A stretch of DNA of 64,000 nt from a virus (IMGVR_UViG_3300003691_000003:14097-78096); one strand, 5' to 3'. Numbered from the stretch's first letter, positions 18,845-28,949 are shown. Notes: generated from the letters alone by a model not told the origin. Numbers and translations: made by a program.

Positions 18845-19579
18845 GTGAGAGAAATGATGAGAGATTATAAAATTTTAGATTACACGCATATGTCTGACAA
18901 CATAAGTAGGTTCATTGCTAGCTACAAGACACTAGGCGCAGTAACGTGTACAAAACTAGTTCCGCAACTCCTTACCTTAACTGACGATTCTAATCTAGTG
19001 TGCTTGCCTATAATGGAGGATTCTAAATCAGTGCATTGTCTCCTGGTTAATCGAGCTCCTATTCTAAGAAATGAAGAAGGGGATATGAAAATATCTATAG
19101 AAGCTTACGGCTTTACTCCGGTCGTCAGGTTCATGGCTAACGAGATAGCTTCTATGAATCCTATATTCGGTGAGGCGGCTATAGCCTACTACGAATACAT
19201 TTTAGAACTAGACCCTGCTCAGTATGGTGCGTGCGATATGGTAGGAGCAGACGGCAATACCATAAAAGGTCTCCCTTTTTTAAACATGGATAGTACCTTG
19301 GAAGAATGGTTTGAATTTCTTAAAAAAGAGATACAATTATTAAAAAGTTATTTGTACGATAACGGCCCTATGCTTCTCCAGGAGTCCATAATGAGAGAGC
19401 CTCCCGGTATGGAAAATATAAAAAGTATCCTACAAAATGCCCTATCTGAAAATGGTATTCATGGGGAAGCTGTTGTTATTAATAGAAAAGATATTGACAT
19501 GGATGATGAAGGTATGGCATCATTCCTCGATCAACAAGATGTTAACGACGAGGAGGGCGGCGGAAACAAGCCACATTAA
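18845..19579 (+). CDS. hypothetical protein
   Basis: 244-aa ORF immediately upstream of the nuclease, with an acidic C-terminus. Confidence 0.5.
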   Translation: MREMMRDYKILDYTHMSDNISRFIASYKTLGAVTCTKLVPQLLTLTDDSNLVCLPIMEDSKSVHCLLVNRAPILRNEEGDMKISIEAYGFTPVVRFMANEIASMNPIFGEAAIAYYEYILELDPAQYGACDMVGADGNTIKGLPFLNMDSTLEEWFEFLKKEIQLLKSYLYDNGPMLLQESIMREPPGMENIKSILQNALSENGIHGEAVVINRKDIDMDDEGMASFLDQQDVNDEEGGGNKPH

Positions 19580-19585
19580 TAGCTT

Positions 19586-20506
19586 ATGACTGAAGAGATA
19601 AAACAAAAAGAGGAAGATTTAAAACTTCTCCCAGATACTTTCCCGGATATGACTGATATAGGCTTAGGCCCATGGTCAGTATCTAAACTTAAATGTATAC
19701 AAAACTGTTCTTTACAATTTTACTTGCGGTATATAGTAAAGCTTAAAGTTCCACCTCCACCTATGAACGAAGATCGTGCAAGGACTAGCTTAGGCTCCGC
19801 AGCGCACGCAATCTTAGAATACATAGCGAAAGGGCATACGGTAGAAGATGCATTCAATATAGTTCAGGAAACGTCAAAGAACTATTTGCCAGAGGAATAC
19901 TGGCCACTTATAGAGAAAGAAAATCGGTACAACATAGAAATGTTTTGGACTAGAATTCAAGAATTCAAAGCAAGGCATGATGTTAAGAAGATATACCCTG
20001 AGCTAAAGCTAGGCATGACAAAGGACTTCAAGAAGACAAGTTTCTTTGCTGATGATGTGTACTTTAGAGGAGTAGTGGATATAGCTTTGGAGTTGAATAA
20101 CGGAGATGCTTTAATAATAGACCACAAGAGAGGTCCTGACCCTGCATGGGGACTTAGAGCGTACGAGTTTCAACTGTCCAGTTATATACCCCTATTTCAT
20201 TATGGATATAAAAATATAAACGGTGCTCAAACAGGAGTTCATTTTATTAATCATGGTGAAATTTTACTTAACAAATATCAGACGAGTGAGAAAGTTGCGG
20301 AAAAAAATGCTAAAGAACTTGTGTTCTACGCAGAAGCCGCAGCAGAAGCCGTTGAAGAAAAGGGCGGGTTTATGCACAAACGAGGAAACATGTGTAAATA
20401 CTGCGATTATCAAGAAATGTGTAAAGCAGGGAAGAGAGGTACTTCCGGAGATCTAGAAAAATATGCATCAGCTTCTAAGCAGCTGATAAATATAACCGAG
20501 ATTTAA
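19586..20506 (+). CDS. Cas4/RecB-like PD-(D/E)xK exonuclease with an Fe-S cluster
   Basis: Catalytic core GVVDIALEL...ALIIDHKRG (D..E.K). One N-terminal Cys (LKCIQNC) plus the C-terminal CKYCDYQEMC triad typical of Cas4/AddB-type nuclease Fe-S clusters. Confidence 0.75.
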   Translation: MTEEIKQKEEDLKLLPDTFPDMTDIGLGPWSVSKLKCIQNCSLQFYLRYIVKLKVPPPPMNEDRARTSLGSAAHAILEYIAKGHTVEDAFNIVQETSKNYLPEEYWPLIEKENRYNIEMFWTRIQEFKARHDVKKIYPELKLGMTKDFKKTSFFADDVYFRGVVDIALELNNGDALIIDHKRGPDPAWGLRAYEFQLSSYIPLFHYGYKNINGAQTGVHFINHGEILLNKYQTSEKVAEKNAKELVFYAEAAAEAVEEKGGFMHKRGNMCKYCDYQEMCKAGKRGTSGDLEKYASASKQLINITEI

Positions 20507-20508
20507 TC

Positions 20509-21162
20509 TTGAATAACAGCCTCTATAGATACCGTAAACCCTTAACCCCCAAAGTTGAGATAGCGGCATCCGTAGAGGCTAAACCTTGCACTACCTGCAG
20601 GGAACAAAAACTCTTAAGAGAATTCCACAAAAGCAAGCAGAGAAAAGACGGTAGAATATCTATTTGTAAATCCTGCTGGTCGTACAATGATAGAAATAAT
20701 CCCGTACGCATAACTACTATAATTAAGTGCAGGACTACTTGGAATCTTAATAATCCAGAAAAAATAACAGCTGCAAGCGGAAAAAGAAGAGCAGATGAGA
20801 TAAAGGCTACCCCAGGGTGGTTTAATAAAAAAGAAGTAGAAGGGATATACCGATTGTCTGCTTCATGTAGAGACGAATACGGAGATAAATATCCTACCGA
20901 TCATCGTGTTCCACTGAACGGTAGAAAACTAGAGTATGCAGATTGTACCCAAGTTTGCGGACTTCACGTAGGACAAAATTTAGAACCCTTTCCAAAAAGA
21001 CCCAACTCCCAAAAAAGTAATAAACTGTTACCCCAGTACGGTGTATCCCCTGAAGCAATTCCTGATGGGCATTACAAAGTATGGGTAGGGGACGTGTATG
21101 GAGAAGGATTCAGCATAGCAGAATTTTATAATAAAGAACTAATAAGGATAACTACAACATGA
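20509..21162 (+). CDS. HNH endonuclease (putative homing endonuclease)
   Basis: N-terminal Cys4 zinc finger (C..C...C..C). C-terminal [37 protein letters not shown] motif. This motif is paralogous to the C-terminus of 53851..54702. Its stop overlaps the thyA start (ATGA). Confidence 0.65.
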   Translation: MNNSLYRYRKPLTPKVEIAASVEAKPCTTCREQKLLREFHKSKQRKDGRISICKSCWSYNDRNNPVRITTIIKCRTTWNLNNPEKITAASGKRRADEIKATPGWFNKKEVEGIYRLSASCRDEYGDKYPTDHRVPLNGRKLEYADCTQVCGLHVGQNLEPFPKRPNSQKSNKLLPQYGVSPEAIPDGHYKVWVGDVYGEGFSIAEFYNKELIRITTT

Positions 21163-22118
21163 AGCAATACTTAGAACTACTGAAAGATGTTAAAGAAAAA
21201 GGTAGAGCTAAACACGATAGAACTGGTACTGGCACAGTAGCCCTATTCGGTGCGCAATCTAGATACGATTTGACCGAGAATAAACTTCCCGTAATAACTA
21301 CTAAAGCAGTACACCTTCCTTCAGTAATACATGAGTTGTTGTGGTTTATATCTGGCAATACTAATGTCAAATACCTCCAGGATAACGACGTAAAGATATG
21401 GAATGAGTGGGCGGATGAGTGGGGAAACCTTGGTCCAATCTATGGAAAGCAATGGCGTAGGTGTAACAACTATAAAGATACATCCTGGGGCCGTGCTAGG
21501 GACGTAGAGGGTAATGAGCTGGTAACTAAGGACGTAAGTATAGATCAGCTGCAAAACGCCATAGACACGATATTAGACGATCCCTACAGCAGACGAATAA
21601 TAGTTAGTAGCTGGAACGTAGCAGATATCTCAGATATGAAGCTGCCACCTTGCCACTTACTGTTCCAATTCTACGTAGAAGATATGACTACTTCGGAAAG
21701 AGCTGAATGGTTACAATCTCATGATTTAGAATGTTTCAAAACGTATTATCTAGAAGGAGACTCTTCATTAGATGATCTGAACGTACCACGTCGCTGGTTA
21801 AGTACTCAGTTGTATCAACGTTCTGCAGATATGTTTCTAGGAGTTCCTTTTAATATAGCAAGTTATGGGTTGCTTACTCACATAGTAGCAAAGCTTACGA
21901 ACACTGCCCCGAGAGAATTCATACACACCATAGGGGATGCTCATATCTATTCAAATCATTTTGAACAAGTGGACGAGCAATTATCTCGTGAGGTAAGACC
22001 TTGTCCCACCATAGTGTTTAATGAAGAGCTTACAGAGTTGAGCGAACTATCTATAGATAGCTTTGACGTCATAGATTATGACCCTCATCCAAAAATAAAA
22101 GCTAAAGTAGCAGTTTAA
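21159..22118 (+). CDS. thyA: thymidylate synthase (ThyA family)
   Basis: [11 protein letters not shown]...DRTGTGT...[23 protein letters not shown]...[19 protein letters not shown]...[12 protein letters not shown]...[25 protein letters not shown]. These motifs are collinear with E. coli/L. casei ThyA and include the catalytic Cys. A ~35-aa insertion follows FYV, as in the L. casei-type enzyme. Confidence 0.9.
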   Translation: MKQYLELLKDVKEKGRAKHDRTGTGTVALFGAQSRYDLTENKLPVITTKAVHLPSVIHELLWFISGNTNVKYLQDNDVKIWNEWADEWGNLGPIYGKQWRRCNNYKDTSWGRARDVEGNELVTKDVSIDQLQNAIDTILDDPYSRRIIVSSWNVADISDMKLPPCHLLFQFYVEDMTTSERAEWLQSHDLECFKTYYLEGDSSLDDLNVPRRWLSTQLYQRSADMFLGVPFNIASYGLLTHIVAKLTNTAPREFIHTIGDAHIYSNHFEQVDEQLSREVRPCPTIVFNEELTELSELSIDSFDVIDYDPHPKIKAKVAV

Positions 22119-22122
22119 TCAA

Positions 22123-22146
22123 AGGTCACTGAGGTGGCCTTTTTTA
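22123..22146 (+). terminator. rho-independent terminator after thyA
   Basis: AGGTCAC-tgag-GTGGCCT followed by TTTTT. Confidence 0.55.
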
Positions 22147-22159
22147 ATGGAGAATATAA

Positions 22160-22354
22160 ATGCAATGTTCATGTGGCGGTGAAGCCGTAGAAAAAGAAAG
22201 ATTCAAGCAGCGTAATAAAGTTATAGTATCCATAATAGACTTTCCTGAATGCAAATCATGCGGGAGAGTAGGCGAGGTAACTCAGCGTGACTTGATAGAC
22301 GGAGAAATGAAAGTAGTTAAGAAGGGTCCTCCGGGTACTAAGATGTGGGATTAG
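22160..22354 (+). CDS. small zinc-ribbon protein
   Basis: 64 aa with a CSCGG...CKSCG pattern. Lies after the thyA terminator. Confidence 0.4.
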   Translation: MQCSCGGEAVEKERFKQRNKVIVSIIDFPECKSCGRVGEVTQRDLIDGEMKVVKKGPPGTKMWD

Positions 22355-22377
22355 TAGTTAAGAAAATAGGGTAAACA

Positions 22378-22402
22378 TGGTATAAGAACTTTGAGGAGAA
22401 CT
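22378..22402 (+). promoter_or_regulatory. extended -10 promoter copy 5
   Basis: TGGTATAAGAACTTTGAGGAGAAC. Confidence 0.5.
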
Positions 22403-22405
22403 ATT

Positions 22406-22624
22406 ATGACTATGTTTATTTGCAAGACAAAAGTAGTTGGAAGTGAATGGAAATGTGATAGATGCGGTTACAGTTGGGACTTAGATGATAAAGATATTCC
22501 CAAGTGTAAGACTAGAGAGCGGGTTGCCAAAGACGATGCCATTAGGGCTGAGGATCTGAGGCTCGCTAAGAGCAGAAAACATATTCACTACATACGTACA
22601 CAAATATTAGGAGAGGACATATGA
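22406..22624 (+). CDS. small zinc-ribbon protein
   Basis: Promoter copy 5, then GAGGAG RBS, then ATG at 22406. Pattern C..C(12)CDRCGY. Confidence 0.45.
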   Translation: MTMFICKTKVVGSEWKCDRCGYSWDLDDKDIPKCKTRERVAKDDAIRAEDLRLAKSRKHIHYIRTQILGEDI

Positions 22625-22884
22625 CCTGGAACTACAGGATATGTAAAGAAACTACTGACGATGGTGTTGTGGAATACACCCTTCGTGAGGCCTACTACAA
22701 CGACAAGTTTGAAATAACTGCAGTATCTATTGATAGTAACTCTGAGTTTATGTCTCACTTAGAGGGAGGAGACGATGACGATGCTGCTATACAGGAAGTA
22801 AAGTCTCATATAGACAAGTTGGTAGAAGCTACTAAGAAAGAAGTAGTAGACTTGGATAATATAACTTTTTCAAATTGGGAGTAA
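22621..22884 (+). CDS. hypothetical acidic protein
   Basis: 87-aa ORF with ATGA overlap to the upstream gene. Confidence 0.45.
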   Translation: MTWNYRICKETTDDGVVEYTLREAYYNDKFEITAVSIDSNSEFMSHLEGGDDDDAAIQEVKSHIDKLVEATKKEVVDLDNITFSNWE

Positions 22885-22890
22885 CGTTGT

Positions 22891-23472
22891 ATGACTGCTA
22901 AAAGAGTGCTAGACACAGTAACGTCCAAATCGAACTTCGGTGATGAAACTGGGTTCGTGGATGTTCTAGATAGAAAGATACTAGTAGGTGATTTTTTATA
23001 TTATTTAAATGATAAAGGTTCCTACGGACTATTAATAAACCAGGTACTGAAGGGTTGCAAGAGCACCGTTAAGTGTCATGGATCTCATATAGATACTTAC
23101 GCAACCACATTTTCTATGCTGACAGGAAGTGTGCCAGCTACCTTGGATGACATAAGAAGTAGATGGGGCAACGCAGCATTAATAGGATATGTACAAAACT
23201 ATATGATGGACAATAAAAGCTATGTGTACCGTCATATGTCCACTCACTTCCTACATGGAGATCTTAGAGTAGAGGGGTATGAATGCATTATGCAACCTAG
23301 TAGATGCTTAAAATTTAGCAATGAATTCTTAGTAGAATTTTTAGCTAAGGACAGACAACTAGCAGCTTCTAGAGGGCCTACTGTACCGAGTGAATCTTCG
23401 TACATGCTAGCGTCTGAGCCCATTGACCTAGAGAGTCGAAGAGAAGAACTATCAAATAACTTAGGAGCGTAG
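22891..23472 (+). CDS. hypothetical protein
   Basis: 193-aa ORF. Confidence 0.5.
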   Translation: MTAKRVLDTVTSKSNFGDETGFVDVLDRKILVGDFLYYLNDKGSYGLLINQVLKGCKSTVKCHGSHIDTYATTFSMLTGSVPATLDDIRSRWGNAALIGYVQNYMMDNKSYVYRHMSTHFLHGDLRVEGYECIMQPSRCLKFSNEFLVEFLAKDRQLAASRGPTVPSESSYMLASEPIDLESRREELSNNLGA

Positions 23473-23473
23473 C

Positions 23474-23899
23474 ATGTCTACTTTAAAAACAATCACGTGG
23501 TGTACTGCGGAAATAGAGGTGAGCGATCAGAGCATAACTCACTTACTGGCTACCGAAGGTGTTACTCACATAGCGTGTGAAGCAAGGTATGTTGGAGATT
23601 CAGTAGTTCTGAGTTGTAGAATTTCTGTAGGCTCTCAAACACACCCCATGGTGGTAATCATACCCCCTCATGAAGAATTTCCTGATAAACATAATAAGAA
23701 AATTTTAGACATATTTAGTGTAATTGGAGTCGGCGTTATATCCAGTTTAGTATTTGGACCAGATTCCGACTACGAGTACTGGGATTCCATAGTGTCCGAT
23801 TACAGGGAAGGCCTAGCCATATCTGAAATAATAATAAACGAAATCGCCGAATTCACAGAAGACCGAGACACAATCTTGAGTTTACTATCGGGGGACTAG
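23474..23899 (+). CDS. hypothetical protein
   Basis: 141-aa ORF tightly following the previous one. Confidence 0.5.
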   Translation: MSTLKTITWCTAEIEVSDQSITHLLATEGVTHIACEARYVGDSVVLSCRISVGSQTHPMVVIIPPHEEFPDKHNKKILDIFSVIGVGVISSLVFGPDSDYEYWDSIVSDYREGLAISEIIINEIAEFTEDRDTILSLLSGD

Positions 23900-23936
23900 A
23901 GGATATACTCTTTCTCCTAATAAAAAGGATAAAAAG

Positions 23937-26906
23937 ATGTTTAAAGAAATAAAAGAAAAAGTAAACATATTAGATGGGTTTGAAAAATATCTAGATATGT
24001 CTATGGTTCCATGTGGAGAGGATACGTTTGAACCAGAAGATAAGACTTGTCCATTTTGCGAACACAGAGATTGTTTCAAGATAAAATCTAGCGAAGAATT
24101 CTCGTGTTGGTCTTGTTTCTCAGATTGTCAAATAAGTGGGGGAGACTTAGTAGACTTCGTGAAAAGATATCACGATGTTTCCATATCAGAAGCTGCTAGA
24201 ACTATTGCGGAGGATTTTGGAATAGCTGTTTCGTCAGTCAAAAGAAATCCTAAGCAAGAAGTCATGGACCTCGCAGGTAGCTACTACCACAACCAACTAC
24301 TTGAAAATGAAACGTCTACTATAGCTAAAGATGGGGTCAAGTATTCTCCTTTGAACTATCAGCTAGAAGTAAGGAAACATGATAAGCGTACGTTAGAGTA
24401 TCTAAAAGTAGGTTGGTCTGATGGAGGGTTAGTAGAGTATTTAACATCCATAGGCATAGACTTGAAGGTCATAGAAGGCGCTGGCCTTATGAATAAGAAG
24501 GGTAATGATTATATTGCCGGTGGTAGATTCGTATACCCTCACATTGTTCATAATAAAGTATCCAGCTTTACCCTAAAGTCTCCTGATCCTAAGGATAAAG
24601 TTTATCAGTTTAGGAAAGTTAATAGGTTAAATGAGGTAGTTCTATACAATCAGAATTCTGCTACCAGGGCCAAGGCTACTATTATCATAGTGGAAGGAGA
24701 GAATGATGTTGCCTCTGTACTGGATGATGGGTGGAGCGAAGGTATAGTTGGGACTTGCGGAACAATAGATACTCATCAACTAAGTTTTCTAAAGAAGCAT
24801 GTAGTAGATAAGCATGTCATAACTTTGTTCGATGCAGATGGAGCGGGGGATAAGTATCGTAGCAAGGCTAACGAACTCGCACCGTTTGCCGCAGTTATGC
24901 AACACATCAAGGTGCCTGTCGAGTTTAACGATATTGATGCGTATCTAAAGAAGGGTAATACCCTAGAGGATGCTAATAGAGATTTCGAAGTCACGGTTGA
25001 TTTAACCGGTGGTCAAAGAAGTTTGGCTCTATTGCCTCCTACTGCCAACTTACATATGGATACTCTACGTAAGCAGGCTAAGAAGCCCGAAGCAATGAAA
25101 GACGTTAAAGAAGGCTCTAATGTAGACATTGAAAGTGAAAATCAAAAGACTGTTACTGTCGAAGAGGATGGCAGCTTTGATGACGACGCTGGATCTGGTT
25201 CTAGAAAAATAACTGAGGCAGAAGGGTGCTATTTAAAAACTAGATACTCTAATGGTGAGCCTCAGGTAGTAGCCATAACTAACTTTGTTATCGTAATAAA
25301 TAACATATTTATACGTGGTAATAACGAACGTACTAGAGAGATTCAAATCATATCTAAGAATGGGCAGACAAGTAGACCCTTGTCAGTTTCGTCTGCAGAT
25401 AAAGTATCTCTTAAATCGTTTAAAACGTTGCTAGCTAATGCTGCAGATGCTAGTTTTTATGGAACAGAAAACGATCTTATAAACATATGGGAATATGTGT
25501 ATGCCAAAGGTTCTCCTAGGTTTGTAATAATCCCGGACATGGTAGGATCTATAGCAGAGTTCAACGGCTGGTTATTTGACGATTGCTTTATCAATGTACA
25601 AGGTGAGGTGTTTTCTCCGGATAAGGGTGGAGTCATGTGGGCTGATACTACTGGTCACTCTAAGACTCAGCAGCGTGGTATCAAGGGCAGAGATATTAAT
25701 GATAGTGAATGTAGCAGTGCTAGTATTCCTAGGTTAAACAATATGTTTGGCAAAGATGACTACGAAGATCTACTTGAGGGCTTCGTGGCTAACCTTGCTC
25801 AGAACTTAGGTAACCCTGGAATGGCTCTTACAATGATAGCGTGGGCTCAAGCTAATGCATATTCTGATGATATATTCGATGTATGGAGATGCTTTCCTTT
25901 CTTATTCATGTGGGGCCGTCATGGTCAGGGTAAGACGAACTTAGTTAAGTGGGTCTTAGCTACTTACGATATGGAAGAGAAAGGATACACTACTATTGCT
26001 AACCTAAAGACGGCTGTGGGTTTTGAACGTAAGGCGGCTTACTACGCATCTCTGCCATTGGCGATTGATGAGGTAAGAGCTGATAAAAATACGTCCATGC
26101 ACTACGGCAGATTCCGAAGCTGGTATAACCGTGCTCCTAGAACCATGGGTACACGAGAGGGGTCTAATGTTAAAGTAGTACCGGTCAGATCTAACTTTAT
26201 ATTTAGTGGCCAGGATATATTTACGGATGATGCGCTAGCAGACAGATGTATATCTTTACAACTTCCTAAAGGCGGTAGAGAATTAAGAGATTCTTACTCC
26301 TGGATAGAAGGTCGCATAGATGATTTGTCAGCTATAGGTTATAACTGGATACTTGAAGCTAAGGGTACTGATTTTAAAGAAGTGGAAGAAGGCATGAAGG
26401 ATGTAGGCACTATGCTAAAAGCCACTCCTGCCAGTTCCAGATCTAGAATTCAGTGGGGTATCATAGGGTATTTCGCATTGAAGTTGAGGGATAAATACCT
26501 CCCTGACTTTAACTACGAAAGTTATCTCAAGACTACTGTAACTTTAGAAGCTAAGAGTAACACTGAGAACGATGCGTTATCTATATTCTTTACTCACGTA
26601 GAAGGTATGTGTGCCGGAGAACGTCCGGATATTCACTCTGATCACGTTAAGGTGGAGGATGACGTAATGTATATATGGTTTATGGAAATGGTAAACCTAG
26701 TTAGTAGAAGAACTGTGCACGACAACAGAGAGGCGTTTACTTACAACGCATTGAGAGCTGCAATACTAGAAGAAGGATGGTGTCTTGGATCAGGTATCAA
26801 GCGATTGGGTCATCGTAATACTCAACGAAGAGTAATACAGATTGATCTAAAGCATAAGACAGTGCCTTTCAGTTTGACAAGTATAGCGGAATCTCTAACT
26901 TCATAA
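23937..26906 (+). CDS. DNA primase-helicase (DnaG-type zinc-binding plus TOPRIM primase fused to a P-loop NTPase/helicase)
   Basis: N-terminal zinc finger CPFCEHRDCFKI...CWSCFSDC. TOPRIM motifs IIVEGENDVASV (E-G..D) and LFDADGAGDKY (DxD). C-terminal Walker A FMWGRHGQGKTNLV and Walker B LAIDEVRADK. Confidence 0.8.
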   Translation: MFKEIKEKVNILDGFEKYLDMSMVPCGEDTFEPEDKTCPFCEHRDCFKIKSSEEFSCWSCFSDCQISGGDLVDFVKRYHDVSISEAARTIAEDFGIAVSSVKRNPKQEVMDLAGSYYHNQLLENETSTIAKDGVKYSPLNYQLEVRKHDKRTLEYLKVGWSDGGLVEYLTSIGIDLKVIEGAGLMNKKGNDYIAGGRFVYPHIVHNKVSSFTLKSPDPKDKVYQFRKVNRLNEVVLYNQNSATRAKATIIIVEGENDVASVLDDGWSEGIVGTCGTIDTHQLSFLKKHVVDKHVITLFDADGAGDKYRSKANELAPFAAVMQHIKVPVEFNDIDAYLKKGNTLEDANRDFEVTVDLTGGQRSLALLPPTANLHMDTLRKQAKKPEAMKDVKEGSNVDIESENQKTVTVEEDGSFDDDAGSGSRKITEAEGCYLKTRYSNGEPQVVAITNFVIVINNIFIRGNNERTREIQIISKNGQTSRPLSVSSADKVSLKSFKTLLANAADASFYGTENDLINIWEYVYAKGSPRFVIIPDMVGSIAEFNGWLFDDCFINVQGEVFSPDKGGVMWADTTGHSKTQQRGIKGRDINDSECSSASIPRLNNMFGKDDYEDLLEGFVANLAQNLGNPGMALTMIAWAQANAYSDDIFDVWRCFPFLFMWGRHGQGKTNLVKWVLATYDMEEKGYTTIANLKTAVGFERKAAYYASLPLAIDEVRADKNTSMHYGRFRSWYNRAPRTMGTREGSNVKVVPVRSNFIFSGQDIFTDDALADRCISLQLPKGGRELRDSYSWIEGRIDDLSAIGYNWILEAKGTDFKEVEEGMKDVGTMLKATPASSRSRIQWGIIGYFALKLRDKYLPDFNYESYLKTTVTLEAKSNTENDALSIFFTHVEGMCAGERPDIHSDHVKVEDDVMYIWFMEMVNLVSRRTVHDNREAFTYNALRAAILEEGWCLGSGIKRLGHRNTQRRVIQIDLKHKTVPFSLTSIAESLTS

Positions 26907-26929
26907 GCCTCGTAACAGAGGCTTTTTTT
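26905..26929 (+). terminator. rho-independent terminator after the primase-helicase
   Basis: AAGCCTC-gtaaca-GAGGCTT followed by TTTTTT. Confidence 0.7.
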
Positions 26930-26957
26930 ATATAAAAATAAAAAGGAATAAAACGCA

Positions 26958-27563
26958 ATGATGAAACGTACGGACGTAATGATTGATATTGAAACTTTAG
27001 CTGCAACTGATGGGGGAGTTAACGGTCGTGTTAAGGAAGATGCAGTCATAGTCCAAATAGGGTGTGTATTCTTCGACCCCAGAGAAAAGAGTAGCGTACA
27101 AGAGTTGAGAAAGAAAAGTTGGATGAGTACCATATCGTCTGATTCTCAAAAAGATAGAGTCATTTGCCCAGATACTGTTGCTTGGTGGAAAGAGCAAGAT
27201 TCTGAAGTATACAGAGAAGTCATGAGTGGTACTACTACTTTAAGCGATGCTTTAGACGGTATGGTGGAGGCGTGTGATACCAATCTAGATAAGCATAGTA
27301 GGCTATGGGCTCGTGGAGATATATTTGATGTATCTATACTACGCCATGCGTTATTCAGTCTCGGTAAAGAACTAGAAATTCCATTCTGGAATGTGCGATG
27401 CTTACGTCCTATAGAAGAGCTAGTTTTCGGTAAGGGCGTAAAAAAGCAATTCGAAGTAGGAAATGCACACGATGCAATAGACGATGCAATTGGTCAAGCA
27501 AGACTTGTTCAGGAGTGTTTCAGACAAACACAGAGAATAAGAAATGAAAATGGGAGCGTATAA
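26958..27563 (+). CDS. DEDDh 3'-5' exonuclease (DnaQ / RNase T / T4 DexA-like)
   Basis: Exo I MIDIETLA (DxE), Exo II region, and Exo III HDAIDDA (H-x4-D) near the C-terminus. A strong terminator lies upstream. Confidence 0.75.
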   Translation: MMKRTDVMIDIETLAATDGGVNGRVKEDAVIVQIGCVFFDPREKSSVQELRKKSWMSTISSDSQKDRVICPDTVAWWKEQDSEVYREVMSGTTTLSDALDGMVEACDTNLDKHSRLWARGDIFDVSILRHALFSLGKELEIPFWNVRCLRPIEELVFGKGVKKQFEVGNAHDAIDDAIGQARLVQECFRQTQRIRNENGSV

Positions 27564-27583
27564 CTCTCTACTTGGAGGTAGAC

Positions 27584-28207
27584 ATGAGCGGTAGAAGAAG
27601 AGGTAGAAGGGGAGGGAACAGGCATGTTCCCGACTTTGCCCAAAGATTGCAAGATTCACATAACGCTAGAAATGGTATAGAAAATGAAAGTACCCTTCCA
27701 GTTATTAACCTAACTACCGAAGCTAGCAGTACATCCTTTACTTTGTCAGGAAGTGACACTACCTCCTTCACTGTTGCAGGATGGAACAATGTGGTATCCA
27801 ATACGTCAGGCAAGATAGATAGATTCGAAAATGAAAGCATAGAGAGAATACTCATGGGGTTCGTAACTTGGATGTCTAACCTCAAATTTACGGTACACTT
27901 CGGAGAGGGCTATACTCAAGACATGGGAATGCAGCTTCTTAAGGAGTTTCTTAAAGCCAACAAAGGGTACGATGACTTGGATCATTTATTTAACGGGTTG
28001 TTTTATAGTCAAGTGATATCCCCTTCACATCAGTTTTCAGATTTAGATATAGATCCTCAAAATGAAGTAGATAACTCAAGTAGGTTATTTCGTAATTTTG
28101 AAGATGAACTTTTGCCAGACAGGCCTGACTACACAACCATTATAGATCTGCAAGGTACGCAAATACACGGCAATGTGGACGATGAACTTAACCTTATAAA
28201 TTTCTAA
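27584..28207 (+). CDS. hypothetical protein with an Arg/Gly-rich N-terminus
   Basis: GGAGGT RBS 5 nt before the ATG at 27584 (the track starts it at 27572). Begins MSGRRRGRRGGNRH. Confidence 0.45.
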   Translation: MSGRRRGRRGGNRHVPDFAQRLQDSHNARNGIENESTLPVINLTTEASSTSFTLSGSDTTSFTVAGWNNVVSNTSGKIDRFENESIERILMGFVTWMSNLKFTVHFGEGYTQDMGMQLLKEFLKANKGYDDLDHLFNGLFYSQVISPSHQFSDLDIDPQNEVDNSSRLFRNFEDELLPDRPDYTTIIDLQGTQIHGNVDDELNLINF

Positions 28208-28216
28208 GGAATTGAT

Positions 28217-28477
28217 ATGAATGATACAAAAGATAAACTGGTACAATCCGCCATGCCATGTCCTTTTTGCGGCAAGAAAGCTTCTCTAGATACCTACAAA
28301 CGTTACGTAGGAGGAGGAGCCTTCGGGAGAAGGAGAAGGTATGAATGCTCCTTTCGCTATTACTGTGCTAAGGGTTGTGCACAAACTCTTTACTACAAAA
28401 GAGAGTCTACTTGCTTAAAGAGATGGAACACTCGCTTTGGAAGTAAGGTAGAATCAGGTAGGCTGTTTAAGCTATGA
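28217..28477 (+). CDS. Lar-family restriction alleviation protein (zinc ribbon)
   Basis: MPCPFCGKKASL...YECSF.YYCAKGCAQTLYY...CLKRWNTRF. The PCPFCG N-terminal motif and the C-terminal W-N-x-R are the hallmarks of the Lar restriction-alleviation family. Confidence 0.55.
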   Translation: MNDTKDKLVQSAMPCPFCGKKASLDTYKRYVGGGAFGRRRRYECSFRYYCAKGCAQTLYYKRESTCLKRWNTRFGSKVESGRLFKL

Positions 28478-28746
28478 CATCATTAGTAGTAAGGTCGATT
28501 AAACATTTTCGAAAGGTTTGTGATAGGCTAAAGTATAGGTTTAATGTAGATCATATGGACGAACTATTAGACCTACTTGAACATAAAGATGAAGACTACC
28601 ATGAAGAAGTACTAAAGACTTTGGAGTATTACTATTCTTGCATGATGAAGAAAGAAGGTGCTTCCAAGATGGATATAGATGTGGCCTGGGCTAAAAAGCT
28701 CAATATAACATCGTTGTTTCTAACCATGGAGAACATAGATGACTGA
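28474..28746 (+). CDS. hypothetical protein
   Basis: 90-aa ORF with ATGA overlap. Confidence 0.45.
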   Translation: MTSLVVRSIKHFRKVCDRLKYRFNVDHMDELLDLLEHKDEDYHEEVLKTLEYYYSCMMKKEGASKMDIDVAWAKKLNITSLFLTMENIDD

Positions 28747-28939
28747 CGTAAAAGAGCAGGTGAAAGTATCTAGGGATTTAGCTAGGGCAATTATGTTTAG
28801 TACTCTGTATGATGTGCCTGATTCAGAATTAGAGAATTTTCTGAGAGAGCGTAACTCTGAGTATGATTATAAGGTCGTACATAGCCCTCCTTATTCTCAC
28901 GATAACCTGGCTAAAAAAGTTTTAAGGTATAATGAATAG
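28739..28939 (+). CDS. hypothetical protein
   Basis: 66-aa ORF overlapping the upstream stop. Confidence 0.4.
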   Translation: MTDVKEQVKVSRDLARAIMFSTLYDVPDSELENFLRERNSEYDYKVVHSPPYSHDNLAKKVLRYNE

Positions 28940-28949
28940 GGCAGTTTTT

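Noticed and set aside
20223-20456. Alternative-frame ORF inside the Cas4-like nuclease gene
   Set aside because: It is embedded in a gene with conserved nuclease and Fe-S motifs and has no independent signals.
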